Shown here piece after piece: positions 1-10,718 of a stretch of 64,000 bases of DNA. The DNA comes from Rhodothermales bacterium. Its GTDB lineage: Bacteria; Bacteroidota; Rhodothermia; Rhodothermales; Bin80. The position numbers were made by a program, and so were the translations under genes. The notes below the pieces were generated by a model, which worked only from the letters and a program-made list of their open reading frames with translations, ran no database searches and was not told where the DNA came from. Location: the NCBI GenBank assembly GCA_965200955.1, contig OZ241742.1:702831-766830 (forward strand), read 5' to 3'. Within the stretch, counting starts at the first letter, position 1; each line of letters begins with the position of its first letter.

Positions 1-790
1 TGAGAACCGGTCGCCCAAGCCGAAAATCAGGTTGACTCACGGGATCCGTAAAATAGCTGGTGCCGTCGTATCCAGTGCGGTACCATTGCTCTGAAACCTG
101 ATTGTAATAGTAATCCACATAAGCGGCTGGCATAGTGTGAAGGATGGCATTTCTGAGCAGGGATTGTCTCATGGCAAACATGCTGGCTCGGAATTGATGA
201 TCCGTTGCAAGAATGACTCCACGGTCAAAGGGACCAAAGACATCCATCACGATGACCGGAATGGATTCATTCACGACGAGCCAATACTCAAATTGGCCAT
301 TGCCATCGCCAGGGGTAGGATCTCCCTGGATCTTCTCAATAGCGGTATGGGTCGGAGCACCAAAATACGCCTCCAGATGTCCACGCAGGACGGGAGTTGA
401 CATTGTATCGATAGGTGTGAAAAAATTGCTTCCCAAGTACGCCCATTGAATATTTTGGAATTGGGATATCCACTCGGAGCGATCATCTGCCGATGTTAAC
501 GACCATGAATGAATCATTCCATTAAAATCCTCAGGGTTCAGTTCTGAATCATCAAGTCCCAATCCTTTTCTGCCCAGTGTGATCAGTGTATCACTAAGAA
601 CAGGCAACAGAGATGGTTCCAGCGGTCGTATGAACTCCCCATGCTGACCAATATACGCTTGATAGGACAATTGGAATCGGGCATGGGCATAGAGCACTCC
701 AAGTTCATTCCAGGCGATCCGTTTCGTTTGAGCATAAGCCATCGGGGTACAGAAGAAAAGAGTTAATCCAATAAGCACAATGTAAGGCAT
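1..790 (-). CDS. hypothetical secreted protein, N-terminal part (ORF continues past the left edge of the window)
   Basis: The minus-strand frame is open from the ATG at 790 down to base 1 (hand translation MPYIVLIGLTLFFCTPMAYAQTKRIAWNEL...). The N-terminus looks like a signal peptide. It is missing from the ORF track only because no stop lies inside the window. Confidence 0.5.
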   Translation of the reverse strand, partial: MPYIVLIGLTLFFCTPMAYAQTKRIAWNELGVLYAHARFQLSYQAYIGQHGEFIRPLEPSLLPVLSDTLITLGRKGLGLDDSELNPEDFNGMIHSWSLTSADDRSEWISQFQNIQWAYLGSNFFTPIDTMSTPVLRGHLEAYFGAPTHTAIEKIQGDPTPGDGNGQFEYWLVVNESIPVIVMDVFGPFDRGVILATDHQFRASMFAMRQSLLRNAILHTMPAAYVDYYYNQVSEQWYRTGYDGTSYFTDPVSQPDFRLGRPVL

Positions 791-800
791 TCGTAGATCA

Positions 801-2606
801 TTAGGTCTCCATTGAGAGAACAGCAAGGAATGCTTCCTGAGGAACCTCAACACTTCCTACATGCTTCATTCGTTTTTTCCCTTCTTTCTGTTTCTCCAGA
901 AGTTTTCGCTTACGCGTGATGTCCCCACCATAGCATTTAGCGGTGACATCTTTGCGTACTGCTTTGACGGTCGTACGAGCAATGACCCGACTGCCGATGG
1001 CGGCTTGAATCGCTACCTCAAACATTTGTCTTGGAATCAAATCTTTTAATTTGACGGTCAGTTTTCGCCCCATTTCGTAGGCTTTGCTCCGATGGACAAT
1101 CGCACTTAGGGCATCCACGGGGCTTCCGTTAATCAGCATATCAAGTTTCACAAGATCACTCCTGTGGTATCCAGAAAAATCATAATCAAAGGAAGCATAG
1201 CCTCGGGAGATACTCTTGAGTTTATCATAGAAATCAAAAACGATTTCCGCGAGGGGGAGATGGTATTCCAAGGTCACACGTTCTGTACCTAAATACGTCT
1301 GATTGCTAAATTCGCCTCGCCGGTCCGTACACAGATTCATGATGTTTCCGATATATTCGGCAGGAGCGATGATTTCTGCTTTTACAAACGGTTCCTTGAT
1401 GTGATCAAGTTTTCCAGTTGAAGGCACTTTATTGGGGTTTTCGATAATTTCAACATCTCCATCGGTATGGGTAATTTCATATTTCACATTCGGAAGTGTT
1501 GTAATGATATCGAGATTGAACTCCCGGTCAAGGCGCTCCTGAACGATTTCCATATGAAGAAGTCCCAGAAAGCCGACTCGAAATCCAAAGCCAAGGGCAG
1601 CTGAGGTTTCGGGTTCATATTCAATGGCAGAATCATTGAGTTGTAGGCGTTCCAGCGATGCTCTCAAATCTTCAAAGTCTTCTGTACTTGAAGGATACAC
1701 ACCAGAAAAGACCATCGGTTTGACTTCCAGAAATCCCTCAATGGGGGAGATGGCAGGATTTTTTACATGCGTGATAGTGTCGCCGACGCGTGTGTCTCTA
1801 ACATCTTTGATGGATCCAATCACATATCCTACATCGCCAGCTGTTAACTCTTCGGTGGGTTGCATCCCGAGTCTGAGTACGCCAATTTCTTCGGCCAGAT
1901 AGTCACACTTTGTAGACATAAACCGAATAGACTCCCTTTTTCGGAGCGTTCCCTGGAAAATCCGAATATAGGCGATTGCACCTCGGTATTGGTTAAAGAT
2001 GGAATCAAAAATGAGTGCTTTGAGTGGTCCATCTGAATCTACCTGAGGAGCAGGTACCCGCTCAATGACCGACTCTAAGAGTTCTGTAACACCCTCACCC
2101 GTCTTTGCACTGATGGAGAGGACATCCTCTGCGGGTTCTCCGATCAGGCTTTCAATGGACATGGCAATACTATCGGGGCGTGCTCCCGGCAAATCTACTT
2201 TGTTGAGAACGGGTATGATCTCAAGGTCATGATCTAGGGCTAGATACAAATTGCTAATGGTCTGTGCTTCAATTCCTTGTGCTGCATCTACAACGAGGAT
2301 GGCCCCTTCGCATGCCTTGAGAGCACGTGAGACTTCATAAGTAAAATCAACATGGCCGGGGGTATCAATGAGATTGAGGGTGTAGGTATGTCCATCCTCG
2401 GCCTGATATGCCATTTGGATGGCGTGGCTTTTGATGGTGATTCCCCGCTCACGTTCCAAATCCATGGAATCCAGCACCTGATCCTGCATATCACGCTTTT
2501 CAACCGTTTTTGTAATTTCAAGGAAGCGGTCAGCTAGAGTGCTTTTGCCGTGATCAATATGCGCAATGATGCAGAAATTGCGGATACGACTGAGATGTGA
2601 AGTCAT
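801..2606 (-). CDS. lepA: translation elongation factor 4 (LepA)
   Basis: GTPase motifs [23 protein letters not shown] and NKVD, with full-length LepA architecture. The ATG at 2606 ([11 protein letters not shown]) is preferred over the upstream TTG at 2621 used by the ORF track. Confidence 0.95.
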   Translation of the reverse strand: MTSHLSRIRNFCIIAHIDHGKSTLADRFLEITKTVEKRDMQDQVLDSMDLERERGITIKSHAIQMAYQAEDGHTYTLNLIDTPGHVDFTYEVSRALKACEGAILVVDAAQGIEAQTISNLYLALDHDLEIIPVLNKVDLPGARPDSIAMSIESLIGEPAEDVLSISAKTGEGVTELLESVIERVPAPQVDSDGPLKALIFDSIFNQYRGAIAYIRIFQGTLRKRESIRFMSTKCDYLAEEIGVLRLGMQPTEELTAGDVGYVIGSIKDVRDTRVGDTITHVKNPAISPIEGFLEVKPMVFSGVYPSSTEDFEDLRASLERLQLNDSAIEYEPETSAALGFGFRVGFLGLLHMEIVQERLDREFNLDIITTLPNVKYEITHTDGDVEIIENPNKVPSTGKLDHIKEPFVKAEIIAPAEYIGNIMNLCTDRRGEFSNQTYLGTERVTLEYHLPLAEIVFDFYDKLKSISRGYASFDYDFSGYHRSDLVKLDMLINGSPVDALSAIVHRSKAYEMGRKLTVKLKDLIPRQMFEVAIQAAIGSRVIARTTVKAVRKDVTAKCYGGDITRKRKLLEKQKEGKKRMKHVGSVEVPQEAFLAVLSMET

Positions 2607-2721
2607 GCAGTCAATCTGCAAATTGATGACTCCACCTTAGAGGGTAGAGAGTACGTAGAGTCGGGTATCAACACTTTTAATGATTCACTTATGCTGTCAG
2701 AGTTACTGCAATAGCCGTGAG

Positions 2722-2805
2722 TGCCCTGAAGAGGACTCGAACCTCCACGCCCGTATGGGCACAGCATCCTGAATGCTGCGCGTCTACCAGTTCCGCCATC
2801 AGGGC
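2722..2805 (-). tRNA. tRNA-Leu (anticodon CAG)
   Basis: The reverse complement folds by hand into a class II cloverleaf. Acceptor GCCCTGA/TCAGGGC, anticodon stem CAGCA/TGCTG with loop TTCAGGA, long variable arm, T-arm GGAGG-TTCGAGT-CCTCT. No CCA is encoded. Confidence 0.9.
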
Positions 2806-2899
2806 TATTATAGTATGGTACGATTTTAAGAAAAAAAGTTCATGTAAGATCTGTTTACGTATCGGAACAAGGTCATGTGTACACAGTTTCACTATTGAT

Positions 2900-2971
2900 T
2901 CCTCGGTAGCTCAATGGTAGAGCATGCGGCTGTTAACCGCAGGGTTGTAGGTTCGAGTCCTACCCGGGGAG
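2900..2971 (+). tRNA. tRNA-Asn (anticodon GTT)
   Basis: 72-nt cloverleaf. Acceptor TCCTCGG/CCGGGGA, D-arm GCTC-AATGGTA-GAGC, anticodon stem TGCGG/CCGCA with loop CTGTTAA, T-arm GTAGG-TTCGAGT-CCTAC. Confidence 0.9.
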
Positions 2972-3282
2972 CTCCTCCACAGTGCTACATGGTTGAATGC
3001 TGAGCCATTCAATCGTCTGAGCGTTGGAGTTTCGTGTTTACGAATCCAGAGTGTGATGCGGATTTTTCTCGTGGACAGGTGATGAGGTGTCACACTCTTC
3101 AACAAGAACCATACTAAAGATCCGTTTTCCTTACTCTGATCTCATGTGAAACTTTGCTCATGAGCCTTCCCATCATTGAATGCTCACTTTTTGATCATCA
3201 TGCGACGACCACTATGAAACATTTTTTTGAATCAATATGAAAAAGACATCTTGAATAATCACTGTAGTGTCTCCTGATAACC

Positions 3283-4806
3283 ATGACGACAGATAACATC
3301 AAAGAAATCATTGCACAGGGTGAAGGCAACTCAGTTGAGTTTAAACGCTCTTTCACCTCTGATCTTGGGCGAGAAATGTGTGCATTCGCCAATTCGTCTG
3401 GCGGGAAAATTCTTTTAGGTGTTTCCGACAGTGGAGAGATTGTTGGCATTTCTGACACCAACCGAATCAGGTCACAAATTCAAAGTATTGCTCGCTCGGT
3501 AGAACCACCAGTAGGCATTGAGATTGAGTGTATAGATTCAATCATGTGCATCAGTGTTCCTTCTCAGACAAAAAAACCTTATTCGTTTCGTGGGAAATTC
3601 TATGTTCGTGAGGGTGCCAATTCGCAGAGGTTGTCCAGAGATGAACTCGGTGAGTTTTATTTCAGAGAGGGAATACTTCATTTTGATGCAGCTATCTGCC
3701 AACGTTTTGATCTTGATCTTGATTTAGATCAGGATCAATGGAGCATGTTTAAGAATCGGGCAAAAATCCCTTCTTATATGAAGCCTTTAATCGCGTTACG
3801 CAATCTAAACCTGATCAACAGGAATTCAGAAGTAACGAACGCTTGTGCTTGGTTATTAGCCAAAAATATCCGAGATGTCAATATCAGTGCACATATTTCG
3901 TGTGCATTATTCATGGGAACCAGTAAAACTAAAATTCTTGATCGACGCGATTTTGATAGTGATATCTATACCATGATTGATGAAGCCGTGAATTGGGTTC
4001 TATCCAAGATTAATGTAGAGTATATCATAAATGATGTCAGACGAGAGGAGCGACCCGAACTGCCTATTTCTGCCATTAGGGAGGCTGTCATTAACGCTGT
4101 CGTTCACCGCAACTATCGCTCATCTGCCAATATTCATGTCTATTTGTTTTCCGATCGCTTGGAGATCAGGAGTCCAGGAGGATTACCCTTTGACATGCCT
4201 GAATCCGACTTAGGGACAGGGAGTGTTCCCCGCAATCCCCTGCTTTTTTCAGTTCTGCACCGAATGGAAGTAGTAGAGCATATAGGATCAGGTATTCGTC
4301 GTATTCGTGATCAATGCAGAGAGTACAAGGTTGTTGAACCTTTCTTTACCATTAATGAGCATTTCTTTACGGTCACGTTTTCTCGATCCGGTTCTTTAAA
4401 GAACACTGAGAAATTTCTCACCCATCACAATCAATCGTTGTCTCTTGAAACCCAATCACACCCATCTCTGGACACAGAGAGGACTAAGTTAGACACAGAG
4501 AGGACTAAGTTAGACACAGAGAGGACTAAGTTAGACACAGAGAGGACTAAGTTAGACACAGAGAGGACTAAGTTAGACCTAACCGGAGATCAGATAGAAA
4601 CTATTCAAGGATGTGAACATGAAAAGACGGCGTTTGAGTTGATGGAAGCGGCTGGAAGAACCAACCGGAGTAAATTTCGGGAATCGGTTCTCAAACCACT
4701 CGTTCATGCTGAACTCATTGAAATGACAGTCCCCGACAAGCCACGCAGTAGGAATCAGAAATATCGATTAACACCAAAGGGTAGAGATCTTCTCGATCAT
4801 TTGTAG
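3283..4806 (+). CDS. Schlafen/AlbA_2-domain putative DNA-binding regulator with RecG-C-terminal-like (HATPase_c_4-type) domain and C-terminal winged-helix tail
   Basis: N-terminus GEGNSVEFKRSF...CAFANSSGGKILLGVSDSGEIVGI is AlbA_2-like. The central region REAVINAVVHRNY...IRSPGGLP...HIGSGIRRI matches the domain usually mis-annotated as RecG-like. It contains an internal 7-aa x5 repeat. Confidence 0.75.
   Translation: MTTDNIKEIIAQGEGNSVEFKRSFTSDLGREMCAFANSSGGKILLGVSDSGEIVGISDTNRIRSQIQSIARSVEPPVGIEIECIDSIMCISVPSQTKKPYSFRGKFYVREGANSQRLSRDELGEFYFREGILHFDAAICQRFDLDLDLDQDQWSMFKNRAKIPSYMKPLIALRNLNLINRNSEVTNACAWLLAKNIRDVNISAHISCALFMGTSKTKILDRRDFDSDIYTMIDEAVNWVLSKINVEYIINDVRREERPELPISAIREAVINAVVHRNYRSSANIHVYLFSDRLEIRSPGGLPFDMPESDLGTGSVPRNPLLFSVLHRMEVVEHIGSGIRRIRDQCREYKVVEPFFTINEHFFTVTFSRSGSLKNTEKFLTHHNQSLSLETQSHPSLDTERTKLDTERTKLDTERTKLDTERTKLDTERTKLDLTGDQIETIQGCEHEKTAFELMEAAGRTNRSKFRESVLKPLVHAELIEMTVPDKPRSRNQKYRLTPKGRDLLDHL
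4471..4578 (+). repeat. perfect 21-bp tandem repeat x5 (GACACAGAGAGGACTAAGTTA) plus partial sixth unit, in frame, encoding (LDTERTK)5
   Basis: Counted directly: units at 4471, 4492, 4513, 4534 and 4555, all identical. The repeat breaks at 4576 (GACC). Confidence 0.98.
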
Positions 4807-5022
4807 TAGATTGAAGGAATGAGAAAAGATTTGTCAGAGTTTTATTTCCTAAATTAGGATGATTTGTTTACCAGTTCATCTATTTGAAATTTCCAATATT
4901 CTATTCCAATGAGAAAGATAGAGGTTAGTAATATTCGCATTCAATCACGGGCATTGCCCGAAAATGCTGATGATAGGTGCATATTTGGGTTTGGTGTGGA
5001 TGCTTCTTAGAAACAAAGCCAT

Positions 5023-6372
5023 ATGATTCCGATACTTCTACTATTATTAGGTATAGTGATTGTCGTAGGCATGATAGTGGGCCTGCGAATCAATGCCTTT
5101 GTCGCACTGATCACCGCGGCCATTGTGATTAGCATTCTTTCACCGGGTGAATGGTCAATAAAGATTGCACGGGTGGCAACATCGTTTGGACAAACTGCGG
5201 GAAGCATTGGAATTGTGATCGCTATGGCTGCAGTGATTGGGGTCACGATGATGAGCAGTGGTGCAGCTGATCGAGTGGTTCAGGCCTTTATTCGTTTCTT
5301 GGGTCAGGAGCGCGGAAGTCCAGCACTGGCTGGAAGTGGCTTTGTTCTTTCGATCCCCGTATTCTTTGATACGGTTTTTTACCTGCTGATTCCTCTCGCC
5401 CGTTCCATGTTTACCCAAACAGGACGAGATTATCTCAAGTATGTCATTGCTATTGCGGCAGGTGCAGCTGCCACGCATGCACTTGTCCCCCCAACTCCAG
5501 GCCCCTTAGTCATTGCGGAGAATCTAAGCATTGACCTTGGAACCATGATTCTCATTGGAGCACTCGTTGCAGTACCTGCGACAATTCTGGGAGTGCTCTA
5601 TGCGGGTTGGTTGAATAAAAAAATGCCAGTTCCGATGCGTGATGTGCCGGGTGTTGAAATCAACCCAACCCAACTAAGTTCTCTGCCCTGCTTAGGTGTT
5701 TCCGTGCTTCCCATCGTACTTCCCATTGTTCTGATTGCCGGGAAAACAATTTTTCTTCCAATCATAGGGAGTGATTCTGTATTGTCACGATGGATTTATG
5801 TGCTGGGTGATGCAAATATGGCATTGCTACTGGCAGCCATTGCGTCTACATCCGTGTATATCTATATGCGCCGCCCTTCCCGTGAAGATCTCAGTTCAAT
5901 CATTGAGCAGTCGCTGATGAGCGGCGGCCTGATCATCCTGATTACCGCTGCAGGAGGAACCTTTGGAGCCATGCTCAAGGAAGCACAAATCGGTCCTGCA
6001 ATCAGTAATTTATTTGCGGGAAGCTCTGGTGCATCTGGAATGGGAATGTTGATCCTGGGATTTGGGATTGCCAGTCTACTTAAATTTGCCCAAGGATCAT
6101 CTACCGTTGCAATGATCACAGCATCCGCGATGCTTGCTGCAATGGTATCCCCTGAACACCTTAGCTTCAATATTGTCTACCTAGGCACCGCCATCGGTGG
6201 AGGATCATTGGTTGGGTCATGGATGAACGATAGCGGTTTTTGGATCTACTCAAAAATGAGTGGACTCACTGAAGTTGAAACGCTCAAATCCTGGTCTGTA
6301 TTACTGATCATCCTAGGTACGACAGCAGGGGTAATTTCGATTCTTTTATCTCTGCTACTTCCTCTTGTCTAA
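5023..6372 (+). CDS. GntP-family permease (gluconate:H+ symporter family)
   Basis: 449-aa polytopic membrane protein. The hydrophobic N-terminus MIPILLLLLGIVIVVG, the ATHALVPPTPGP segment and the overall length are typical of GntP/DsdX permeases. Confidence 0.75.
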   Translation: MIPILLLLLGIVIVVGMIVGLRINAFVALITAAIVISILSPGEWSIKIARVATSFGQTAGSIGIVIAMAAVIGVTMMSSGAADRVVQAFIRFLGQERGSPALAGSGFVLSIPVFFDTVFYLLIPLARSMFTQTGRDYLKYVIAIAAGAAATHALVPPTPGPLVIAENLSIDLGTMILIGALVAVPATILGVLYAGWLNKKMPVPMRDVPGVEINPTQLSSLPCLGVSVLPIVLPIVLIAGKTIFLPIIGSDSVLSRWIYVLGDANMALLLAAIASTSVYIYMRRPSREDLSSIIEQSLMSGGLIILITAAGGTFGAMLKEAQIGPAISNLFAGSSGASGMGMLILGFGIASLLKFAQGSSTVAMITASAMLAAMVSPEHLSFNIVYLGTAIGGGSLVGSWMNDSGFWIYSKMSGLTEVETLKSWSVLLIILGTTAGVISILLSLLLPLV

Positions 6373-6378
6373 GTTCAC

Positions 6379-8064
6379 ATGAATTTGAATTCGTACAGTA
6401 AAAATGTAACCCAAAACCCACTACAGGGGGGTGCCCGTGCAATGCTTCATGCGATTGGTCTGTCAGAGGAGGATCTCAACAAAGCACAGGTAGGGATTGT
6501 GAGTATGGGATGGGAAGGTAATCCCTGTAACATGCATCTCAATGATCTGGCAAAAAACATCAAAAATAGTGTCCAGCATCAAGATCTCGTCGGATTAATT
6601 TATCATACCATTGGAGTGAGTGATGGAATTTCAATGGGTTCATCGGGCATGCGTTTTTCGCTCCCTTCAAGAGATCTCATTGCTGAATCAATTGAGACGG
6701 TTGCATCCGCTCAATGGTATGATGCCGTTATTGCCGTCGCAGGTTGCGATAAAAATATGCCTGGATCCATCATGGGGCTTGCCCGACTGAATCGTCCAGG
6801 CTTTATGATCTATGGTGGAACGATCAAGCCTGGATGCTGGAAAGACCAACCGATCGATATTGTTTCTGCTTTTGAGGCAGCTGGGCAGCGTGCTACTGGA
6901 GATATCACAGAAGAAGATTTTCGTGAAATTGCTCGCCATGCCTGTCCCGGTGCGGGTGCATGTGGAGGCATGTATACTGCGAATACCATGGCATCTGCCA
7001 TTGAAGCTCTGGGAATGAGTCTTCCATTTGATTCTTCCTATCCAGCAGTGAGTCAGGAAAAACAAACGGAGACCCTGAACACGGGTCAGGTCTTATATCA
7101 TCTGTTAGAGAACGACATTAAGCCAAGAGATATTCTTACTCGTGAGGCATTTGAGAATGCATTGAGGATTGTCATAGTATTAGGGGGGTCCACTAACGCC
7201 GCTCTTCATCTCATTGCCATGGCTCATGCTGCTCAAGTTCCCTTAACCTTGGATGACTTTCAGTCCATGAGTGAACAAACTCCTTTACTGGGCGACTTAA
7301 AACCCAGCGGCCGCTATGTGATGGAAGATCTCTATCATGTCGGCGGGGTACCCGCTGTGATGAAAATGCTCCTTGAGAATGGTTTGCTTCACGGAGACTG
7401 CATGACCATTACTGGAAAGAGTATTGAAGAAAATGTATCGGGTGTATCTGATTTAGTAGCAGGTCAAGAGGTCATTCGCCCCCTTGATCATCCAATCAAG
7501 AAGACAGGTCATCTCCAGATTCTATATGGAAATCTTGCACCAGAGGGTGCAGTTGCCAAGATTACTGGTAAAGAAGGAGAACGTTTTGATGGAATCGCAC
7601 GAGTATTTGATAGTGAAGAAGATGCGATGGATGCAATCTTAGATGATCAGATTGACGCTGGCGATGTCTTGGTCATTCGATACTGTGGACCCAAGGGAGG
7701 GCCAGGAATGCCCGAAATGCTCCGCCCTACGGGTGCAATCATGGGTGCGGGGCTGGGGACAGATGTTGCACTCATTACAGATGGTCGATTTTCGGGAGGA
7801 ACGCATGGATTTGTTGTAGGGCATATCACCCCAGAAGCTCAGCTTGGTGGCCCGATTGCTCTGATTGAAGACGGAGATCCCATCACCATTGATGCATCAG
7901 AGCATGTACTTACGTTGGGAGTAACCAAGTCAGAATTGTCTGCCCGACAGAAGAACTGGACACCGCCCCCACTCAAGGCCCATTCTGGAGTGCTCCTGAG
8001 GTATGCCCATACGGTTGCCTCTGCCAGCCAAGGATGCGTAACCGATATTTTTCCAACCGAGTAA
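6379..8064 (+). CDS. ilvD: dihydroxy-acid dehydratase (IlvD/Edd family)
   Basis: 561 aa with the family signatures [24 protein letters not shown] and [12 protein letters not shown]. It starts 7 bp after the GntP stop, so the substrate could be a sugar acid rather than a branched-chain precursor. Confidence 0.85.
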   Translation: MNLNSYSKNVTQNPLQGGARAMLHAIGLSEEDLNKAQVGIVSMGWEGNPCNMHLNDLAKNIKNSVQHQDLVGLIYHTIGVSDGISMGSSGMRFSLPSRDLIAESIETVASAQWYDAVIAVAGCDKNMPGSIMGLARLNRPGFMIYGGTIKPGCWKDQPIDIVSAFEAAGQRATGDITEEDFREIARHACPGAGACGGMYTANTMASAIEALGMSLPFDSSYPAVSQEKQTETLNTGQVLYHLLENDIKPRDILTREAFENALRIVIVLGGSTNAALHLIAMAHAAQVPLTLDDFQSMSEQTPLLGDLKPSGRYVMEDLYHVGGVPAVMKMLLENGLLHGDCMTITGKSIEENVSGVSDLVAGQEVIRPLDHPIKKTGHLQILYGNLAPEGAVAKITGKEGERFDGIARVFDSEEDAMDAILDDQIDAGDVLVIRYCGPKGGPGMPEMLRPTGAIMGAGLGTDVALITDGRFSGGTHGFVVGHITPEAQLGGPIALIEDGDPITIDASEHVLTLGVTKSELSARQKNWTPPPLKAHSGVLLRYAHTVASASQGCVTDIFPTE

Positions 8065-8288
8065 CTCTATAATTCATCCTGTAAAGTGACTGATAGCGGG
8101 TATTTGGCATGTTGCAGAATCCGTTAGCGTGCATGGAGGCAGTAGATTGAGTTGAGATGATCATGGAAAGACATCAGTGGTTATCTTTTCCGATTAGATC
8201 ATCATCCTTACCACTTTCTGTGAGTTCAGAATTGATGATTGAGTGGAAGCTCTTCGCTTGTCCCTCATCTATGCACAAATGAAAGATC

Positions 8289-9014
8289 TTATGAGGCGGG
8301 TAGCTTAACTGCGGGCATTTGATCCCATGTCCTGCCATCAAGGATTCGCCCCGCCCGTTTCTTGAAGACACCTCCCCATTGCTTGAAGAAAAACGGTACC
8401 TCCTCTTGAAGACATACATCGCGGATTTCCCTCACCCAATCAGGCTCCATCGGTCGTGCACCAGGGCCCGATTCTCCTCCGACGATCACCCAATCAATCC
8501 CTTTGACGGGGATATCTGGAAGGGGACCTATGAGTGGCTCAAGGGACAAAAACTTAACTTCTGCATTGATCTTATTGAGTTCTTGAAGACGAAACTGCCA
8601 TCGTTGTGATTCAATACTTGTTCCAAGCCAGATATTTGGACTCCAGTCTAGGTTGTTCTCAATTTCCAGAACACGACTTGGTCGTTTCGTCAGTACTTGG
8701 AATGTATGCTGAGATGCTTCGTTCATCGTCTTGAAGACGGATTGAATAAATGATAGGGGTACATCCTCATGGAAGAGATCTGACATGGAATTAACAAAAA
8801 CAAGGCGGGGTTTTTTCCATGTAAGTGGATCTTTGAGTGCGGAAGGATGGATCGTAACAGCAAAACCATTCCGATATTTTTCTAAGCCCATTGCTTGGAG
8901 CCTCCGTGCCATGCGATCAGCATAACAGAATTTGCAACCATGGCTAATTTTCGTACACCCTGTGACGGGATTCCAAGTGGTTTCAGTCCACTCAATAGAA
9001 GATTTAGTCGACAT
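8289..9014 (-). CDS. phage Gp37/Gp68-family protein (DUF5131) with N-terminal three-Cys motif
   Basis: N-terminus [19 protein letters not shown] (C-x6-C-x2-C) and ~240 aa length are typical of the Gp37/Gp68 family. It starts 2 nt after the stop of the TcmP-like gene. Confidence 0.8.
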   Translation of the reverse strand: MSTKSSIEWTETTWNPVTGCTKISHGCKFCYADRMARRLQAMGLEKYRNGFAVTIHPSALKDPLTWKKPRLVFVNSMSDLFHEDVPLSFIQSVFKTMNEASQHTFQVLTKRPSRVLEIENNLDWSPNIWLGTSIESQRWQFRLQELNKINAEVKFLSLEPLIGPLPDIPVKGIDWVIVGGESGPGARPMEPDWVREIRDVCLQEEVPFFFKQWGGVFKKRAGRILDGRTWDQMPAVKLPAS

Positions 9015-9016
9015 AG

Positions 9017-9515
9017 TTACATGCTTAAAAGATGTTTAGCAATTTTCTTAGCAGCACTGATGGCCTTGGGAGTGTCATTACCCACGCAGAATATGAACTC
9101 ATATAGGCTTGAGTTCCTTGAATTTTTGAGAGTTTTGGATTCACTAAGAAACCGATTACCAAATAATTCTTTCAGGTTATCTTTGTAGATACGGATAAGA
9201 TTAGTCACACCAGCTTCACGAACGAGCCGTGGACCGTTAAATAACTCCATTTGGTTGCTCGGTTGATACATCGTTCGCCATACGCATTCATTACCCATTA
9301 CTCTTGTCAAAGTCTCAGCCCAGTGTGGATAGATATCCTCAGGCGGTCGTGATCGTGGGAGCATTCTAATTATGGTAGATGTAGGAAAAAGAATCCAAGT
9401 ATCCAGTGCATTGTACCCTGCAATTGTCTCAATGGTTGTCCAATCAACCTGTGCCCCAAAGGGGTCCAGAAAAAGTACACCTCTCCACCTACTCCAATCT
9501 CTCTTTAAGATATAA
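9017..9515 (-). pseudogene. three-Cys-motif partner protein (TcmP-like), C-terminal part separated from its N-terminal part by an IS insertion
   Basis: The hand-translated frame is open upstream of the tracked ORF: ...YILKRDWSRWRGVLFLDPFGAQVDWTTIETIAGYNALDTWILFPTSTIIRMLPRS... It continues in frame from the fragment at 11043-11416 once bases 9516-11042 are removed. Confidence 0.7.
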
Positions 9516-9581
9516 TAGAATGGGAAGGTTTCCCGGGTAATCGTTATTTTCCTACAACCCTAACCAATCATTTTCATTCTC

Positions 9582-10718
9582 ATGTTATTAGATCAATCCG
9601 TATCTACCCCTGTTCGTTACTACGTTGGACTTGATGTTCACCGTGACACCATCTATTCATCCGTTTATGATGCGGATCAGAAGCGTAGTTGTGCTGAATG
9701 GGAGTGCTACGTTCACAAGGAGAATAGCCTTGACCTCCTTGTGGACACTCTCCGTTCCGAATACGGTGAATTCCGTTGTTGTTATGAGGCATCCTATAGT
9801 GGCACGGCTCTTTACGATTCTCTGACGAAGCTGGGCGTGGATTGTGCAATCATTGCCCCAGGATCCATTCCCAGGTCCATGGGCGATCGGATCAAAACCG
9901 ATCGGCGCGATGCCCGAAAACTCGCCAAGTACTTTGCATCTGGGCTTCTGACCGAATGTTTTGTTCTGGATGCAGAATTGAGGGCGGTGCGAGGATTACT
10001 GCGTAGCCGTGAGGGGCTTGTGACCAACTTGACGAGCTCCAAAAATCAAGTCATTCATTTTTTGCATGCTCAGGGACATTGTTACAATCCTGGACGCTAC
10101 TGGACCAAACGGTTCAAGGCTTGGATCAACAAGGTGAACTTAGAGCAACCCTATGATGAGATTACCTTACGGGGTTACTTAGACGATGTGGCTTATTTTC
10201 AATCTCGCATTGAACAGATAGAAAAAGATATTCTGAGGGCATCCGAGTCCTTCCCATTGAAGAAACAGGTCCAGATCTTGCAGGGCTTCCGAGGCATCGG
10301 ACTGATTTCTGCTATGCACTTGATGTGTGAAGTGGGAGACTTCAGGCGATTTGACCGCCCGACGAGTCTCATGGCTTACTTGGGATTGGTTCCCTCTCAA
10401 CGATCATCGGGGAACACCATTCGGACGGGTTCCATCACAAAGACGGGGAATGCACATGCACGAAAGGTCTTGGTGAGTGCAGCTATAAAGTACCGATTTG
10501 CTCCACGAATCAGTGTTGGGCTTGAGCAACGACAGAAAAAGTGCGATGCCTCAACAATAGCCATTAGTCAACGGGCTCAAAAACGTTGTCACAAACGATT
10601 CACCGATCTCAATCAACGCAAGCCATTCAAAGTCGCCGCGGTTGCAGTGGCTCGTGAACTGGTGGGCTTTCTCTGGGAGGCATTGCAACCACCCCCACAT
10701 GAGAGCACAGATGCGTGA
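9582..10718 (+). CDS. IS110-family DEDD transposase/recombinase
   Basis: N-terminal RuvC-like DEDD motifs (YVGLDVHRDT, CYEASYSG, KTDRRDARKLA). The C-terminal Transposase_20-type region is LQGFRGIGLISAMHLMCEVGDFRRFDRPTSLMAYLGLVPSQRSSGN. Confidence 0.9.
   Translation: MLLDQSVSTPVRYYVGLDVHRDTIYSSVYDADQKRSCAEWECYVHKENSLDLLVDTLRSEYGEFRCCYEASYSGTALYDSLTKLGVDCAIIAPGSIPRSMGDRIKTDRRDARKLAKYFASGLLTECFVLDAELRAVRGLLRSREGLVTNLTSSKNQVIHFLHAQGHCYNPGRYWTKRFKAWINKVNLEQPYDEITLRGYLDDVAYFQSRIEQIEKDILRASESFPLKKQVQILQGFRGIGLISAMHLMCEVGDFRRFDRPTSLMAYLGLVPSQRSSGNTIRTGSITKTGNAHARKVLVSAAIKYRFAPRISVGLEQRQKKCDASTIAISQRAQKRCHKRFTDLNQRKPFKVAAVAVARELVGFLWEALQPPPHESTDA

Noticed and set aside
4471-4578. Considered whether the 21-bp direct repeats are a miniature CRISPR array.
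   Set aside because: The units are contiguous with no spacers. They lie in frame inside a CDS, and no cas genes are present in the window.
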